DNA of 62,114 nt, filler included, from Babesia bigemina (Eukaryota): the NCBI RefSeq assembly GCF_000981445.1. It is 8 parts of 8 records of this genome, joined end to end, with 100 filler letters (N's around TTAATTAATTAA, not from the genome) between each part and the next. Parts side by side here need not be neighbours in the genome. Positions count along the whole stretch, not along the records: positions 23,631 to 42,255 come from NW_012236973.1; 7 more parts are not named here. The stretch is one strand, 5' to 3'. Made by a program: the position numbers and the translations under genes. Shown piece after piece: positions 29,101 through 39,792 of the stretch (positions are counted from its first letter, which is position 1; each line of letters opens with the position of its first letter). The notes beneath the pieces were generated by a model, which saw only the letters and a list, made by a program, of their open reading frames with translations, had not been told where the DNA came from and searched no databases.

Positions 29101-31865
29101 ACCTTAACAGCCCTACCGATTTTTTGTTTCAGCCTGTTTAGTTTGCCTTTGGCACTTTCATCACCCGTTTCAGCCAAATCCTTGACTGTTTTGCACAGGA
29201 GGTTGAGGTTGTCAGTGACCTCTTGAGCTTTGCTGAATAGCTTATCTTTCACATCGCCGATCTTGTCCAAAGCCTCCTCCACTTTTGTCTTAATCTCACC
29301 GATCGCCGCGGGGAGGGAGCCTGCATTTTCCTTAACATCTTCTAACTTCTCGGATGCGAGTGATTGCAGTTTGGCAGCATCTTGGTCGACGAAACGATTA
29401 TATTCGGTGAACGTGCCAGCAGCATCAAGATTGACTGAACTACCACCGTTTGGTATCAATTTCCCCTTAAGCAGATTCGTCACCTCCGTGATCGCGGAGT
29501 CGACGGCTTTAGCGGTGCCGTCTTCGCCAGGGCTGAGCGGACTTCCATTGCCGATAGCTTTTTCAAGTTTACCAACGAAATTTTTAGCCTTATTGTACGC
29601 ACTGTCTACGTATGAAAAATTGCAGCTTTTTACGAGGTCTTCAATTTCTTTAGAAGCACCTGCGGCACGACCAAGTAACTGGTTAACTATGGAATTGACT
29701 GCATCATCTAAGTATATTCTGCTTGTGGAATGCCCCGTTCTGAGAACATGCGCATTTCCCAATTTGGTTTCAACATCAGAAGCTTTAATGTCACCTGACT
29801 TGATCTTGTCGGCGAACTCAAATACGAACGAATCTAGAGTTGTTTTAATAGTGTTCAAATCCTCCGCGACGTTACCAGTTGTTTGTATACGCTTCGATCC
29901 TGCAGATGTCAGCGTGTTGAGCTTATCTTTAATATGCTGTTTGACGTTGTCAGTGATGGCATTAATGCCACGATTAACAAACTGATCACCGTTATACTGA
30001 AGATAATCTTCAATGTATTTTTTCACGGGATTCTTCTCAACGATATCTGTCAACCATGCGTACAAGATTCTCTCCTTAAAATTTTCACCAGCGTAGTTCC
30101 CATTTACAATTTCTCCCACTTTCATTGCAACAACGGCAAGACCTTCTTTAAATCGCCCTTCCGTATTGCCTCGGATACCTGCAGCGTGCACTTTGATATG
30201 CTTCACGACGCTTTCTATCAACTTATCCATATCCTTCACTGCACTACCCGGTCTTTCTGTCACTGTTTCGTACAACTTCCCAATCTTATTTTTAATTTCA
30301 GTCACCTGCCCTTCCACCGCTTGCTTCACCTTATACAAATCCCCTTTAAGCGCCTCGTTCATGGATTTCACCTGCGCAAGGGCCTTGGTAACTTCTTCTT
30401 GGGCTTTTGTTTTAGCGTCATTTCCGGCTTCATATAATGAAAATCCTAGTTCCCTGATCTGCGCAGCCGCGGCCTTTATAGCCTTTTTGTTGACTTCATT
30501 ATTTACGTTATCAACCTGATCCAATATATCATTGACTTTCCTTATCGCTTCTTCTACAAAACCCTCCGCCTCATTACTCCACGTATCTAGCTGCGACAGA
30601 TAAGTCGCCATATTTATATGTACATTGTTTAACTTAACCAGAATATCTGATACTCTTTTCTTAAGATTTTTAACAACAGCACTAACATCGTCTCCAATTT
30701 TCTGTTTCAGTACTTTTTTCAAATTTTCGGATGCGTTGCCAACTAGTTTTATCACCGCGTCGTAGTTCTCGCGTTCCTTTTTGGACATCGCCTCAACACG
30801 TGCAGTCTCCTGCTTAATACGCTCATGCGTAGTTTTTACACTGTCACGCAATTTATAATTAAGATCATTAATATGCTTAGTTAACTTGGTAAGTTTGGTG
30901 TCAAATAACTTTGCGCTAGTTATACACTTCTCAGTCAACGCATTAGTCGGCAAGACAATCTTGCCAATTTCCTCATCTGACATAATTTTCAAATCTACTT
31001 CATCTGGAATCCTACCGATTTCCGTCGGGTATTCGTTCTTCACTCTACCTAAAAGTTCATTAATTGGTCCACTTACCTTAGAATTCGACTCCACAACTTT
31101 CTCATTGTACTGCCTGACTCTGCTGACGACACGGTCTACGACGCTCTTGAAGCCTTCAACACCTGAACATAATTTGGCATTTATTTCACGATTTAAACGG
31201 TCTAAAAACATTGTCTTACCTGCTTCGTAAGGCTGTTTCTCGCTGACATCCTTAAGAACTTGATACAAAAATCCCATCACCCCGTCACACAGCCTGTCCA
31301 GGTCCGAGTACACAATGCCAGTGCCATCGTAGCCTTTTGACTCAGAGTTGAAGCCGAGGAATGTTTCGAGGCCGTCACAAAGATTTGTTAAAAGCTTTTC
31401 ACAATTATCATTTTCAGTCAATCCTTCAAGACTCTTTTTAAGATTTTTAACCTGAGACAACTTGGAGTCAATGTCCTTCAAGGCAGGATTCTCAGGATAT
31501 TTAGTGTGGTTTGCATTACAGGAATTTTTATAATGTTCAAGCTGGGATTTCGTAGCATTTAGAGACGCTGTTTTTTGCCCCTTATCACGATCTTCGGAGC
31601 CTTCAAGTTTTTTAAGCCTCTCTTCAACATCCTTAATTTGCCTATCCATAGCCTGGCAAGTGGACTCATTTCCCTTATACTTAACAGGGCATTCAAGTTT
31701 ATCTTTTTCGGATTGGAGGGACTTGGTAGCGTTATTTATTGCATCCTCAATCAACTTTTTCAAAGCTTTAGCCAACTCACCAAGACCATCACCATCACCA
31801 TTCCCATACCTAACCTGGATCAACCAGTCGATGGACTCAGTCAGAAGGGCAGTGAAGGGTGACAA
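26154..31865 (-). CDS. ves: ves/VESA1-like variant surface antigen, copy D (~1900 aa); homology begins at ESIDWLIQV, first ATG 31649
   Basis: ESIDWLIQV resembles the VESA1 N-terminal EAIDW motif; hub; TM; YLQP tail; 3' ~2.1 kb appears identical to copy A. Confidence 0.88.
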   Translation of the reverse strand: MSPFTALLTESIDWLIQVRYGNGDGDGLGELAKALKKLIEDAINNATKSLQSEKDKLECPVKYKGNESTCQAMDRQIKDVEERLKKLEGSEDRDKGQKTASLNATKSQLEHYKNSCNANHTKYPENPALKDIDSKLSQVKNLKKSLEGLTENDNCEKLLTNLCDGLETFLGFNSESKGYDGTGIVYSDLDRLCDGVMGFLYQVLKDVSEKQPYEAGKTMFLDRLNREINAKLCSGVEGFKSVVDRVVSRVRQYNEKVVESNSKVSGPINELLGRVKNEYPTEIGRIPDEVDLKIMSDEEIGKIVLPTNALTEKCITSAKLFDTKLTKLTKHINDLNYKLRDSVKTTHERIKQETARVEAMSKKERENYDAVIKLVGNASENLKKVLKQKIGDDVSAVVKNLKKRVSDILVKLNNVHINMATYLSQLDTWSNEAEGFVEEAIRKVNDILDQVDNVNNEVNKKAIKAAAAQIRELGFSLYEAGNDAKTKAQEEVTKALAQVKSMNEALKGDLYKVKQAVEGQVTEIKNKIGKLYETVTERPGSAVKDMDKLIESVVKHIKVHAAGIRGNTEGRFKEGLAVVAMKVGEIVNGNYAGENFKERILYAWLTDIVEKNPVKKYIEDYLQYNGDQFVNRGINAITDNVKQHIKDKLNTLTSAGSKRIQTTGNVAEDLNTIKTTLDSFVFEFADKIKSGDIKASDVETKLGNAHVLRTGHSTSRIYLDDAVNSIVNQLLGRAAGASKEIEDLVKSCNFSYVDSAYNKAKNFVGKLEKAIGNGSPLSPGEDGTAKAVDSAITEVTNLLKGKLIPNGGSSVNLDAAGTFTEYNRFVDQDAAKLQSLASEKLEDVKENAGSLPAAIGEIKTKVEEALDKIGDVKDKLFSKAQEVTDNLNLLCKTVKDLAETGDESAKGKLNRLKQKIGRAVKVDKESLLVLHGKFKALRDGDLAASIDMANAFLTEASKLEAECIRRLQQNVNCEVNIVKKELASRIVQSHVTVVKLLLQQFVAKLQSELDKLPAAIEDDKHIGFKGFMEKLYEGFNTNIVPKKDDLKLDTLSEAFQNFCSPLHLYLKAEIGRQNNDNHAKKHPSSQRSTNNYADAVDCVKNELEKLVNQIRAGNRYDYHVPRLLDGLTDAIDGLHPESFSEPNTPLLETIAHGFRGLVSELGKAYVSVYDGARNVNWERENNPETTYCAKIFLTAFSTVYDAVHDLRINCNSLKGHQIHSSSDLGRLFLRHGFKVSAENKQHWELQNKSVINGEYVANRLSFRVEGAKDNEHLKECESNKRKSNVLFNLFDILKCILHHVDQYNAICHIAILPKPRTPCTVFEMLAWLSGLTYTSAYQALLSDGFTNVLDNPDTPLAGDGEISVFDIEQSYLEAHPQTITYKSIRTVLQYLCSKSYDLLTTVVGHGDAATFYACDYSNNTLNLYYPSSGEDCLQMLLDFLRRILQPLRYLFERCSVADKNYGWADCHYGRDVPTTKSHCNIKPTDDVTCLPNCQPNCKPNCQPTSPLMNYLSDSLLGYLPHRLESVGCKSKCSTCPSTSRLGMPCVTPLGFRAFSGSTKTGRQLCEIIREFLGSGVVSSLFGLSPTPPKTLPEHFSFGLSLVNKWVKVASYITDAGIKPVSQTKIEASIQTLSIKLCTDTGKLTNVLRDAYGSSQHEHQDQNHLEVYADVSSLCMTRSCTDRDMRCAPYLSTLCSDTYQYLVHKNFATYLTWAVYLPWDFWNQLNNLCNAFKNIFCQDWGCHTCLRAEKCKRGQHGLVEKVENQPDKPHCNCPSMVQCKGVSATLYQFGFCFGNAATLNNEASAKKCSDFCSQLDKVLKSEYFVKLFKECDIFIWTIREPFTYLVLALWSLSLFYLICVMVGRLDVLHIRSHLRSPSSHRITAQSLLAAAQVGRLAKISYLQP

Positions 31866-31925
31866 AGCACAAGTTATTATTGTGGTCTAAAGAGGTCATA
31901 GCGGTAATATGGCGAGGTAATTCAA
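31837..31925 (-). promoter_or_regulatory. Conserved ves 5' leader with 20-codon uORF (MTSLDHNNNLCFVTLHCPSD*)
   Basis: ATG 31899, TGA 31839-31837 overlapping the GAG of ESIDW in the +1 frame. Confidence 0.6.
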
Positions 31926-33341
31926 GGGATGTGGAGTGGATAAGGGAGCGATGTAAGGTGGATAAGGGACGATGTAGAGTGGGTTAGGGAGCGATGAAGA
32001 GTGGGTTAAGGGGCGATGTAGAGTGGGTTAAGGGGCGATGTAGAGTGGGTTAGGGAGCGATGTAGAGTGGGTTAGGGAGCGATGTGGAGTGGGTTAAGGG
32101 GCGATGTGGAGTGGGTAAAGGGGCGATGTAGAGTGGGTTAAGGGGCGATGTGGAGTGGGTTAAGGGGCGATGTGGAGTGGATAAGGGGCGATGTGGAGTG
32201 GATAAGGGGCGATGTAAAGTGGGTTAAGGGGCGATTAGAGGAGGTGAAGGAGCGATGTAGAGTGGGTTAAGCGGCGATGTAGAGTGGATTAGGGAGCGAT
32301 GTAGAGTGGGTTAGGGAGCGATGTAGAGTGGGTAAAGGAGCGATGTAGAGTGGGTTAAGGAGCGATGTAGAGTGTGTAAGGGGCGATGAGGAGTGGATTA
32401 GGGAGCGATGTAGAGTGGGTTAGGGAGCGGTGTAGAGTGCATAGAGGAGCGATGTACAGTGGATAAAGGAGCGATGTGGAGTGGGTTAGGGAGCGATGTA
32501 GAGTGGATAAAGGGGCGATGTAGGGTGGATGAAGGGGCGATGTAGAGTGGATAAAGGGGCGATGTAGAGTGGGTAAAGGGGCGATGTAGAGTGGGTTAAG
32601 GGGCGATGAGGAGTGGATAAAGGAGCGATGTAGAGTGGATAAAGGAGCGATGTAGAGTGGGTTAGGGAGCGATGTAGAGTGGGTTAGGGAGCGATGCAGG
32701 GTGGATAAAGGAGCGATGCAGGGTGGATAAAGGAGCGATGTAGAGTGGATAAGGAGCGATGTAGAGTGGATAAAGGGGCGGTGTGGAGTGGGTTAGGGAG
32801 CGATGTAGAGTGGATAAGGGGCGATGTAAGGTGGAGTAAGGAGCGATGAAGAGTGGGTTAGGGAGCGATGTAGAGTGGGTTAAGGGGCGATGTAGAGTGG
32901 ATAAGGGGCGATGTAGAGTGGGTAAAGGGGCGATGTAGAGTGGGTTAAGGGGCGATGAGGAGTGGATAAAGGAGCGATGTCGAGTGGTGAAATAGGCGAT
33001 GTGGAGTGGCTAAAGGGGCGATGTAGAGTGGGTTAAGGAGCGATGTAGAGTGGGTTGAGGAGCGATGTGGAGTGGGTTAGGGAGCGATGTAGAGTGGGTA
33101 AAGGGGCGATGTAGAGTGGGTAGAGGAGCGATGTAGAGTGGATAAAGGGGCGATGAAGAGTGGGTAAGGAGCGATGTAGAGTGGGTAGAGGAGCGATGTA
33201 GAGTGGATAAGGGAGCGATGTAGAGTGGGTTAAGGGGCGATGTAGAGTGGATTAGGGAGCGATGTAGGGTGGATAAGGGAGCGATGTAGAGTGGGTTAAG
33301 GGGCGATGTAGAGTGGATTAGGGAGCGATGTAGGGTGGGTA
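31926..33341 (-). repeat. 22-bp telomere-like satellite (~1.4 kb, complete array)
   Basis: About 64 units between copies E and D. Confidence 0.95.
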
Positions 33342-33365
33342 ATAATAACCACTTAGGTCATCAAC

Positions 33366-33574
33366 TGTCATCGCTGCCGTAACCATCTACTGTCATCGCT
33401 GCCGTGACCATCAACTGTCATCGCTGCCTAACCATCAACTGTCATCGCTGCCGTAACCATCAACTGTCATCGCTGCCGTAACCATTGACTGTCATCGCTG
33501 CCGTAACCATTGACTGTCATCGCTGCGGTAACCATGTCATCGCTGCCGTGTCCATGTTATCGCTGCCGTGACCA
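33366..33574 (-). repeat. 20-bp tandem repeat (with 23-bp variants)
   Basis: GTCATCGCTGCCGTAACCAT(CAACT) units. Confidence 0.9.
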
Positions 33575-33588
33575 CTAACTTGGTCAGG

Positions 33589-33655
33589 TGCCAGCTTAGC
33601 ACTTTGCCTGGGTGCTAGGTTAACACGTTGCCTGGTTGTTAGGTCAACACGTTGC
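33589..33655 (-). repeat. 24-bp tandem repeat (short)
   Basis: About 3 units. Confidence 0.8.
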
Positions 33656-33799
33656 ATTGTTTTTCACTCATAACATAATTTACGTGCAATTTAGTTCACA
33701 GGTTACCCCTTGAGTAATTGGAGACATTAGACTACGTTTGTCGGTTAGGTGAGTAGGTGATATGCTAGGTGAGTGTAGTGATTAGAAACGTGAATACAA

Positions 33800-36700
33800 T
33801 TACGGTTGTAGATACGATATCTTGGCAAGCCTTCCGACTTGCGCTGCAGCCAACAATGATTGCGCTGTAATCTTGTGCGACGACGGTATCCTCAGGTGCG
33901 ATTTGATGTGGAGCACATCCAGTCTGCCGACCATTACGCAGATGAGGTAAAAGAGGGAAAGTGACCAGAGTGCGAGGACAACGTAGGAGAAGGGTTCTCT
34001 GATGGTCCAAATGAAGTTGTCACATTCCTTAAATAGGTCTTTGAAGTACTGAGAGTTAAGGACACTAAACAACTGCTGGCGCAGGTTGAAGCATTTCGTC
34101 TGGTTGGATATCAGACAATGTACATCTTGGAACGTGAAACCATATTGGTATAATGTAGGACCAACTCCCTTGCATCCAACAATCGATGGGCATTTGCATC
34201 CGTCGCCAGGGACATCTGGGTTGAGCATACCGTGCGCCCCTTTTTTGCAAGTGTCTCCTCTCAAGCAGCCAGTGCATCCCCAGTCTTGGCAGAATATCTG
34301 TACGAATGCGTTATACAAACTGTTTAGTTGCTGCCAAAACGTCCACGGCAAATAAACGGACCAGGACATGTACGCGTTGCAGTGTTTGTTGCCGAAGTAC
34401 GGATATGTGTCCGAGTAAAGAGTGGACAAATAAGGCCCGCAGTGATTTGCACCGTTGCATCTGACACTAATTGATAGGCTTGATACATCAGCGTTTTTAG
34501 GTTCGGGATGACTGGTAGTCACATGAGTAGTCCGTGCTTCACCGTACGCATTGCGTAGCGCACCTGTGAGTGGAGACGCATCGGAATACAGATCGATAGA
34601 TGCTGTTTGCATTGTCGATTCAATCTTCTGTTTCAGTCCATTACCGCCACTATGCGACCATCCTTTCACAAAGGACAACGCAAAGGCATAGTGTTCCGGC
34701 AAGCTGCTCGGCGGTCTGGGCGACAGGGAAAGCAGGCATGAAGCGACGCCTTTGTCGAAGAATTTGGTCAGCACGTTGCTTATGTCTTTACCCGTCCTTT
34801 TGCTTCCCGAGAAACCCTTGAAGCCGAGTGGCGTGATACATGGCATCCCGGGTGTCGATTTGGGGCACGTATTACATTCCGATTTGCAGTCAACGCTGGT
34901 CAGTTGGTGAGGCAAATGGCCGGGGAGGGTGTCACGGAGGTACGACATGAGCGGCGATCTGGGAAGGCAGTCGACATCAGTTTTCGAGTGATCCTTACAC
35001 TGCCAACCGGCGGACTCGACGTCACTTCCATAGGCGCAATGATACCAACCGTACTCCGATGCCAGGTTGCTACAGCGGCTGTGCAAGAATCTGAACACGG
35101 GGAACAGTCGACGCATCAACTCGAACAACATGTTGAGACATGAAGAAGCCGATGAGGGGATGGCAAATCCAGCGGCGTTACTGTGGTAGTCAACGGCGTA
35201 GGTTGTGAACTCATCACCGTAGCCCACGATGGTTGTCAGGATCATTGGCGCTGTACCTATCACATGTACAAGGGCGTCGGATAGATCACTATGCATTACT
35301 TTCTGTGGGTAGGCTGCCAAGGATAGTTCAGTGAGGTCTTCGATTTCAATGAAATCGTCGTCAGCAACAGCAGCCCTCTTCTTCTCACGCTTATCGAACA
35401 ACTCACCGAAACTGTCTGTTATCAAGTTGAAATATACGGGACTATGACGGAGACTCGTGAGCCAAATCAGAATTTCCGAGATGGAACACGGTCGCCGAGT
35501 CGACAAGGAAGCGGCGATGTGGCAGACATCGTAATAAAGGGTGAGGTACGCATACATATTTTCAAGTGCAAATTTGGTGTCCTTATCATTGCGGTAGACG
35601 TGATCATAATTTTCTCCGACTAACTTTCCATAAATTGATGACCCGGTGAAACCAGTTTTGTTCTGCAGCTCACCGTTCTGATCTGTCTCTTTGATGGCAA
35701 CACGGTAACCGCACCTTCGCAAAAATGAACCAAGACTGCTACCGGAATACAGTTTACGCTTCGACCATTCTGAATTGCATTGATCTCTAAAATAGCTCAG
35801 GTCGTCATTTAGAATCGCCAGTAAAGTCAGGAACGTTTTGGCGCAGTCACGTCCTTCTTTAGTCAACACAGAATATTCGGTGTTAGGATTTTTCACCAAC
35901 TCACCAAACTTCTGCCTGTCATACGCGGATATGTAAACTCTACTCAGCTCACCGATGAAGTTCGTTAAACCGCTGGAGACACAATCTATAACCGGCGTAC
36001 TGGGTTGAGCGAAGCCGTCAGGCTTGAGGTCATGGAGCGCCTCCAACAGCCCATCGAGCAGGCCTGGTATCTGATGATCATACCTGTTTGCGTTAGTGAT
36101 GTGCGACATCAACTCATTGAAGCGGTCATACATTGCTAAGAGCCTGCGTTGGTAGTCATGTATCTCTGTCCCAGCCGGGTGCTTCTTGCTGTTCTCTTCA
36201 TCGTTCACCCTGACGGTCTCCTTGTTGACATATAGGTGGAGGTTAATGTACAATTTCTTGAATTCTTCAGACAGCGTTTTAAATTGATCTTTCTTCGACG
36301 CCAGTATCCTAGTGACAGCTGATCTAAATGCATCCAGTTTACTCAGTTCAACTTTGGGCGCTTCGAAAGCATACTTGTCCCTCGGCTTAACTTCCGGCTT
36401 CCCCTCGAACGCCTCCATGAATCCCTTGAAGCCAGTGTGCTTGTCCTTTTCGATCGCCTCGGGAAGCCCCTTGAGGTGCGCGGTGACCCTGTCGGCGAAG
36501 TTGTCAAGTTGGAGCGCCATGGTGGTGATGTACTGCTTCTCGAGCTCGGAGGTGAGTTGCCTTCTGACTTCTTTGACTTGACCGTCGACGTCGATTTTTA
36601 GGGATGCAGTCGTGTGATCGCGTATCTTAGCAGCATCGGTGAGGAACTGATTGGCTTCCTTGATGGCTTTACCCAAGTCATCTTCTTGCAGATTGGTAAG

Positions 36701-39691
36701 CTGATACTGAATTATTCTAATGCCGTTTTTAGCGTATTCAGACGTATTGAAGTACGTATCCTTCAATTGTTTCAGACTCCCCTGAGCGTTTTCACCGGAG
36801 GCTTTTACGGCGCGGCAGAGTTGTTGAAGGGCGGAGGTGATTTTGGCCAACTGTTCTTCAGCATATTTTTTTTCGCCGTCGATCATTCCCAATGCTTGTT
36901 CTACCTGGGTCTTAATGTCCGTCATTTTCTCCGGAAGCGCACCATTGAACCGTTCTGGGTCATCAAGCTTAAGGTTATCTTGATTAACCTGCTTATCATA
37001 TTTTGTGAACTTACCTAAAGCAAGATCAGCTATTCGATCAACTTCACCTGAAGCTGCAAAATTATTCCCGCCGATTTCCGCTGTCAGTATTGCTTCAACA
37101 TCATTTTCGAATTGCTGCTGTTTGAGTTTACCGTTTTGTAGACCATCGTAGGCGGTTTTGAAAGTGGTCATGAGTTTGGGTCCAAGATCATAATTTTGTT
37201 GGTTTGGAGAATGTGTATCTGTGTGCATCAAGCTGCCACTTATCGTCGATTGAAGCCGGTGAACCTCGCTTTTGATCTTTGCATTGAATTCGTTGACCAA
37301 CCTCTGCAGGCCTCTCGCTTCATCACGATTGCTGAGTTCGCTATACTTCACTGCTTTGTCCCCTTCTTCATTATTATTTACACCCTGTTTGATTCTATTC
37401 AGTTTTCCATTTATGACACTCGCCACACTGTTTATTTCAGCCTGCAATTTTTCTTTAATCTGGTTCATAACAGCTACAACCACGTCGGCAGAGTGCTTAG
37501 AAACGGCTTGCGCTATGGTACCCAAGGCCTCAAGGATATTTTCGATATCGTCTTTTGATACTTTTTTATTATTCCGACTCAAAGCTATTTCGACCCTCTG
37601 AATCGCAGCAGAAGCAGCTGAGAACTTTGACTCCAGATTCATTCCATCGAATCTTACATTTATACCGCCAACTGTAAGTGTGTTGATGTTTACAACAGAA
37701 CTAGATTTGGTGACAACAGCTTGGAGCTTTGTAATGGCCTCTTTGGTATGCTCAAAACTTGGTTCAATGTCATGTTTAAATGCACCATTGGCAAATTTTT
37801 TAAATGCCTTGTTTATACCCTCCATAGCTGTCTTCAATGGCGACATGATTTTCTCGTCTAGGGCGGTGAAATATTCACTCACTGAGTTAAACGCATCGCC
37901 TTTTTTTATAGCCTGTAGTAATTTGGTTTCAGCATTGATGTCAGCGACATTCAGATTCTGTAGCTTTGTAAGCTGGATTTCCACGTCGCTGATTGCTTCC
38001 TGAATTGCTCCTTTTGTCGCTTCAAATTTTTTAGAAAATTTATCTGAGTTGTCCTTGAGGGGAGTGAGGATCGGAGTAATCTGCTCCTCAATCGCCCATA
38101 ACCCCTGCTTAACTTTCGCTTCCAAAGCATCATACGGCGCTTTAATATTCTTCTCCACATGATTCCATATTTCATTTTTAATTTGCGTTTTAACTTTATA
38201 CAAATCCTCCTTCAGCTTATCATTCATCTCTTTAACTTGCTGAAGCGCTGCAGTCACTTTCTCGTTGACCTGCTTTTTAGCTTCCTCACCGGCGCCGTGT
38301 AGCATTGCTACCGCTGCTTTGATCTGCTCAATGGCTGAAGTAATTAACATAGGTTTCTTTTCCGAATCGCCTTCATTAACTTCCTTTAATATCTCTTCCA
38401 CTTTGCCAAACGCCGATGTAATCAAAGGCTCTGCTTGACCAATCCACGTCGTCAACTCTCCTATATACTCAATAAGCTTTTTCTTTATATCCTCCAGCTG
38501 CCTCTTAATTTCCAACACCTTCTTGCTTAACTCTTCAACCAGCCTAGCCACCTTTTTCTTGATATTATCGTTCACGCAAGTTCCCAGATCTGTCAACAGA
38601 CGATCTATCTTCTCTCTCATCACCTTTCGATCTTCCTGTTGCTTGCTCGACAGAGCCGTGAACTGCTCCGTCTCCAGCTTAACACAGGCACGCGCTTTAT
38701 TAACGTTATCACGCACTATAGAGTTAAGATCATTAATCGCGTTTCTCACGTTTTCATCGTTTTCAGTGTCTAAAGATTTATTGAATTTGTTTGCGTTGTT
38801 AAGGCATGTCTCCACCAATTGGTCGGCAGAGTCCACGGATCCCTGCACAATTCTTCCAGCACCTGCAGCAGAATTATGTTTTAAATCTTCACTCACCGAT
38901 TGTTTGAGTTTCTTCATTTGACTGTCCAAGTCTGTGATCTTGCTCTTGACAGAATCATTCTGTTTTCTAACACTCTCATTATACTCCCGCACCTTCCCCG
39001 CCACCGTTTCAATGACCTTAAAACCCTCACGCCCGGTGGATAAATTATTTTTAAGCTCAGTAACAATCTCTATTAGTATTGTTTTACCCACACTGTAAGG
39101 CTGTTTCTCGCTGACATCCTCAAGCACACCACTCAAAAATCCCATCACTGCGTCACACAGCCTATCCAGGTCAGAGTACACAATCCCACTGCCGTCGTAG
39201 CCTTTGGAGTCAGAGTTGAAGCCGAGGAATTTTTCGAGGCCGGAACATAAATTATCTAAGAGCTTTTTAGGATCATTTTGTTTAGTATTAAGATTCTCAT
39301 AAAATCCACAAAGCTTCTCCACCTTCCTCAAAGCCTCCAACTTGGAGTGCAATTTGGCTAGCTCAGCAGAGGGAGAGGGGGAAGGAAGAGAGTTATTTTC
39401 AGTAGGCTTAAGATTCTTAATTGCCTCTTCAGTAAGCGTAATTTCAGTGGTAACTTTATCTTTAAGCTCACTAATTTTTAGGTTGTCATCAGCCTTGCCA
39501 GCAGGCTTGACAGACTCAGAAAGGATAGTAACATGAGAAGAGTAAAGCTTTTTAAGCTCTTCATTACTGTTAATTTGGGCGATAATAGCATATATAACGG
39601 CTTTCTTAACACTCTCACTTTCACCAACAAATCCTCCAAGCTGTCCAGCAAGCTGACCAAGGCTAATGAGCTTGGACTCAATGTCCTCCAA
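33800..39691 (-). CDS. ves: ves/VESA1-like variant surface antigen, copy E (~1960 aa); ORF-track start is TTG, first ATG 39145
   Basis: Hub motif, Cys-rich C-terminus, TM, AKISYLQP. Confidence 0.85.
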   Translation of the reverse strand: MEDIESKLISLGQLAGQLGGFVGESESVKKAVIYAIIAQINSNEELKKLYSSHVTILSESVKPAGKADDNLKISELKDKVTTEITLTEEAIKNLKPTENNSLPSPSPSAELAKLHSKLEALRKVEKLCGFYENLNTKQNDPKKLLDNLCSGLEKFLGFNSDSKGYDGSGIVYSDLDRLCDAVMGFLSGVLEDVSEKQPYSVGKTILIEIVTELKNNLSTGREGFKVIETVAGKVREYNESVRKQNDSVKSKITDLDSQMKKLKQSVSEDLKHNSAAGAGRIVQGSVDSADQLVETCLNNANKFNKSLDTENDENVRNAINDLNSIVRDNVNKARACVKLETEQFTALSSKQQEDRKVMREKIDRLLTDLGTCVNDNIKKKVARLVEELSKKVLEIKRQLEDIKKKLIEYIGELTTWIGQAEPLITSAFGKVEEILKEVNEGDSEKKPMLITSAIEQIKAAVAMLHGAGEEAKKQVNEKVTAALQQVKEMNDKLKEDLYKVKTQIKNEIWNHVEKNIKAPYDALEAKVKQGLWAIEEQITPILTPLKDNSDKFSKKFEATKGAIQEAISDVEIQLTKLQNLNVADINAETKLLQAIKKGDAFNSVSEYFTALDEKIMSPLKTAMEGINKAFKKFANGAFKHDIEPSFEHTKEAITKLQAVVTKSSSVVNINTLTVGGINVRFDGMNLESKFSAASAAIQRVEIALSRNNKKVSKDDIENILEALGTIAQAVSKHSADVVVAVMNQIKEKLQAEINSVASVINGKLNRIKQGVNNNEEGDKAVKYSELSNRDEARGLQRLVNEFNAKIKSEVHRLQSTISGSLMHTDTHSPNQQNYDLGPKLMTTFKTAYDGLQNGKLKQQQFENDVEAILTAEIGGNNFAASGEVDRIADLALGKFTKYDKQVNQDNLKLDDPERFNGALPEKMTDIKTQVEQALGMIDGEKKYAEEQLAKITSALQQLCRAVKASGENAQGSLKQLKDTYFNTSEYAKNGIRIIQYQLTNLQEDDLGKAIKEANQFLTDAAKIRDHTTASLKIDVDGQVKEVRRQLTSELEKQYITTMALQLDNFADRVTAHLKGLPEAIEKDKHTGFKGFMEAFEGKPEVKPRDKYAFEAPKVELSKLDAFRSAVTRILASKKDQFKTLSEEFKKLYINLHLYVNKETVRVNDEENSKKHPAGTEIHDYQRRLLAMYDRFNELMSHITNANRYDHQIPGLLDGLLEALHDLKPDGFAQPSTPVIDCVSSGLTNFIGELSRVYISAYDRQKFGELVKNPNTEYSVLTKEGRDCAKTFLTLLAILNDDLSYFRDQCNSEWSKRKLYSGSSLGSFLRRCGYRVAIKETDQNGELQNKTGFTGSSIYGKLVGENYDHVYRNDKDTKFALENMYAYLTLYYDVCHIAASLSTRRPCSISEILIWLTSLRHSPVYFNLITDSFGELFDKREKKRAAVADDDFIEIEDLTELSLAAYPQKVMHSDLSDALVHVIGTAPMILTTIVGYGDEFTTYAVDYHSNAAGFAIPSSASSCLNMLFELMRRLFPVFRFLHSRCSNLASEYGWYHCAYGSDVESAGWQCKDHSKTDVDCLPRSPLMSYLRDTLPGHLPHQLTSVDCKSECNTCPKSTPGMPCITPLGFKGFSGSKRTGKDISNVLTKFFDKGVASCLLSLSPRPPSSLPEHYAFALSFVKGWSHSGGNGLKQKIESTMQTASIDLYSDASPLTGALRNAYGEARTTHVTTSHPEPKNADVSSLSISVRCNGANHCGPYLSTLYSDTYPYFGNKHCNAYMSWSVYLPWTFWQQLNSLYNAFVQIFCQDWGCTGCLRGDTCKKGAHGMLNPDVPGDGCKCPSIVGCKGVGPTLYQYGFTFQDVHCLISNQTKCFNLRQQLFSVLNSQYFKDLFKECDNFIWTIREPFSYVVLALWSLSLFYLICVMVGRLDVLHIKSHLRIPSSHKITAQSLLAAAQVGRLAKISYLQP

Positions 39692-39734
39692 GGCATTCTT
39701 AGTAGCATCGTCAGTAAGAGAATGGTCAGTATCA

Positions 39735-39792
39735 ACAAATTTTTATAATGGTTAATAGAGGTCATAGCGGTATTATGGCGAGGTAATTCGAG
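39735..39792 (-). promoter_or_regulatory. Conserved ves 5' leader (short form)
   Basis: ATG 39765 opens out-of-frame ORF MTSINHYKNLL... Confidence 0.6.

Noticed and set aside
31926..33341. True telomere or transposon termini
   Set aside because: Arrays are interstitial 22-mers rather than pure telomeric repeats; no transposase, reverse transcriptase, terminal repeats or target-site duplications seen.
39478..39765. MTSINHYKNLLILTILLLTMLL ORF resembling a signal peptide
   Set aside because: It is the out-of-frame reading of DTDHSLTDDAT coding sequence, and the equivalents in B and H stop after 25 codons.
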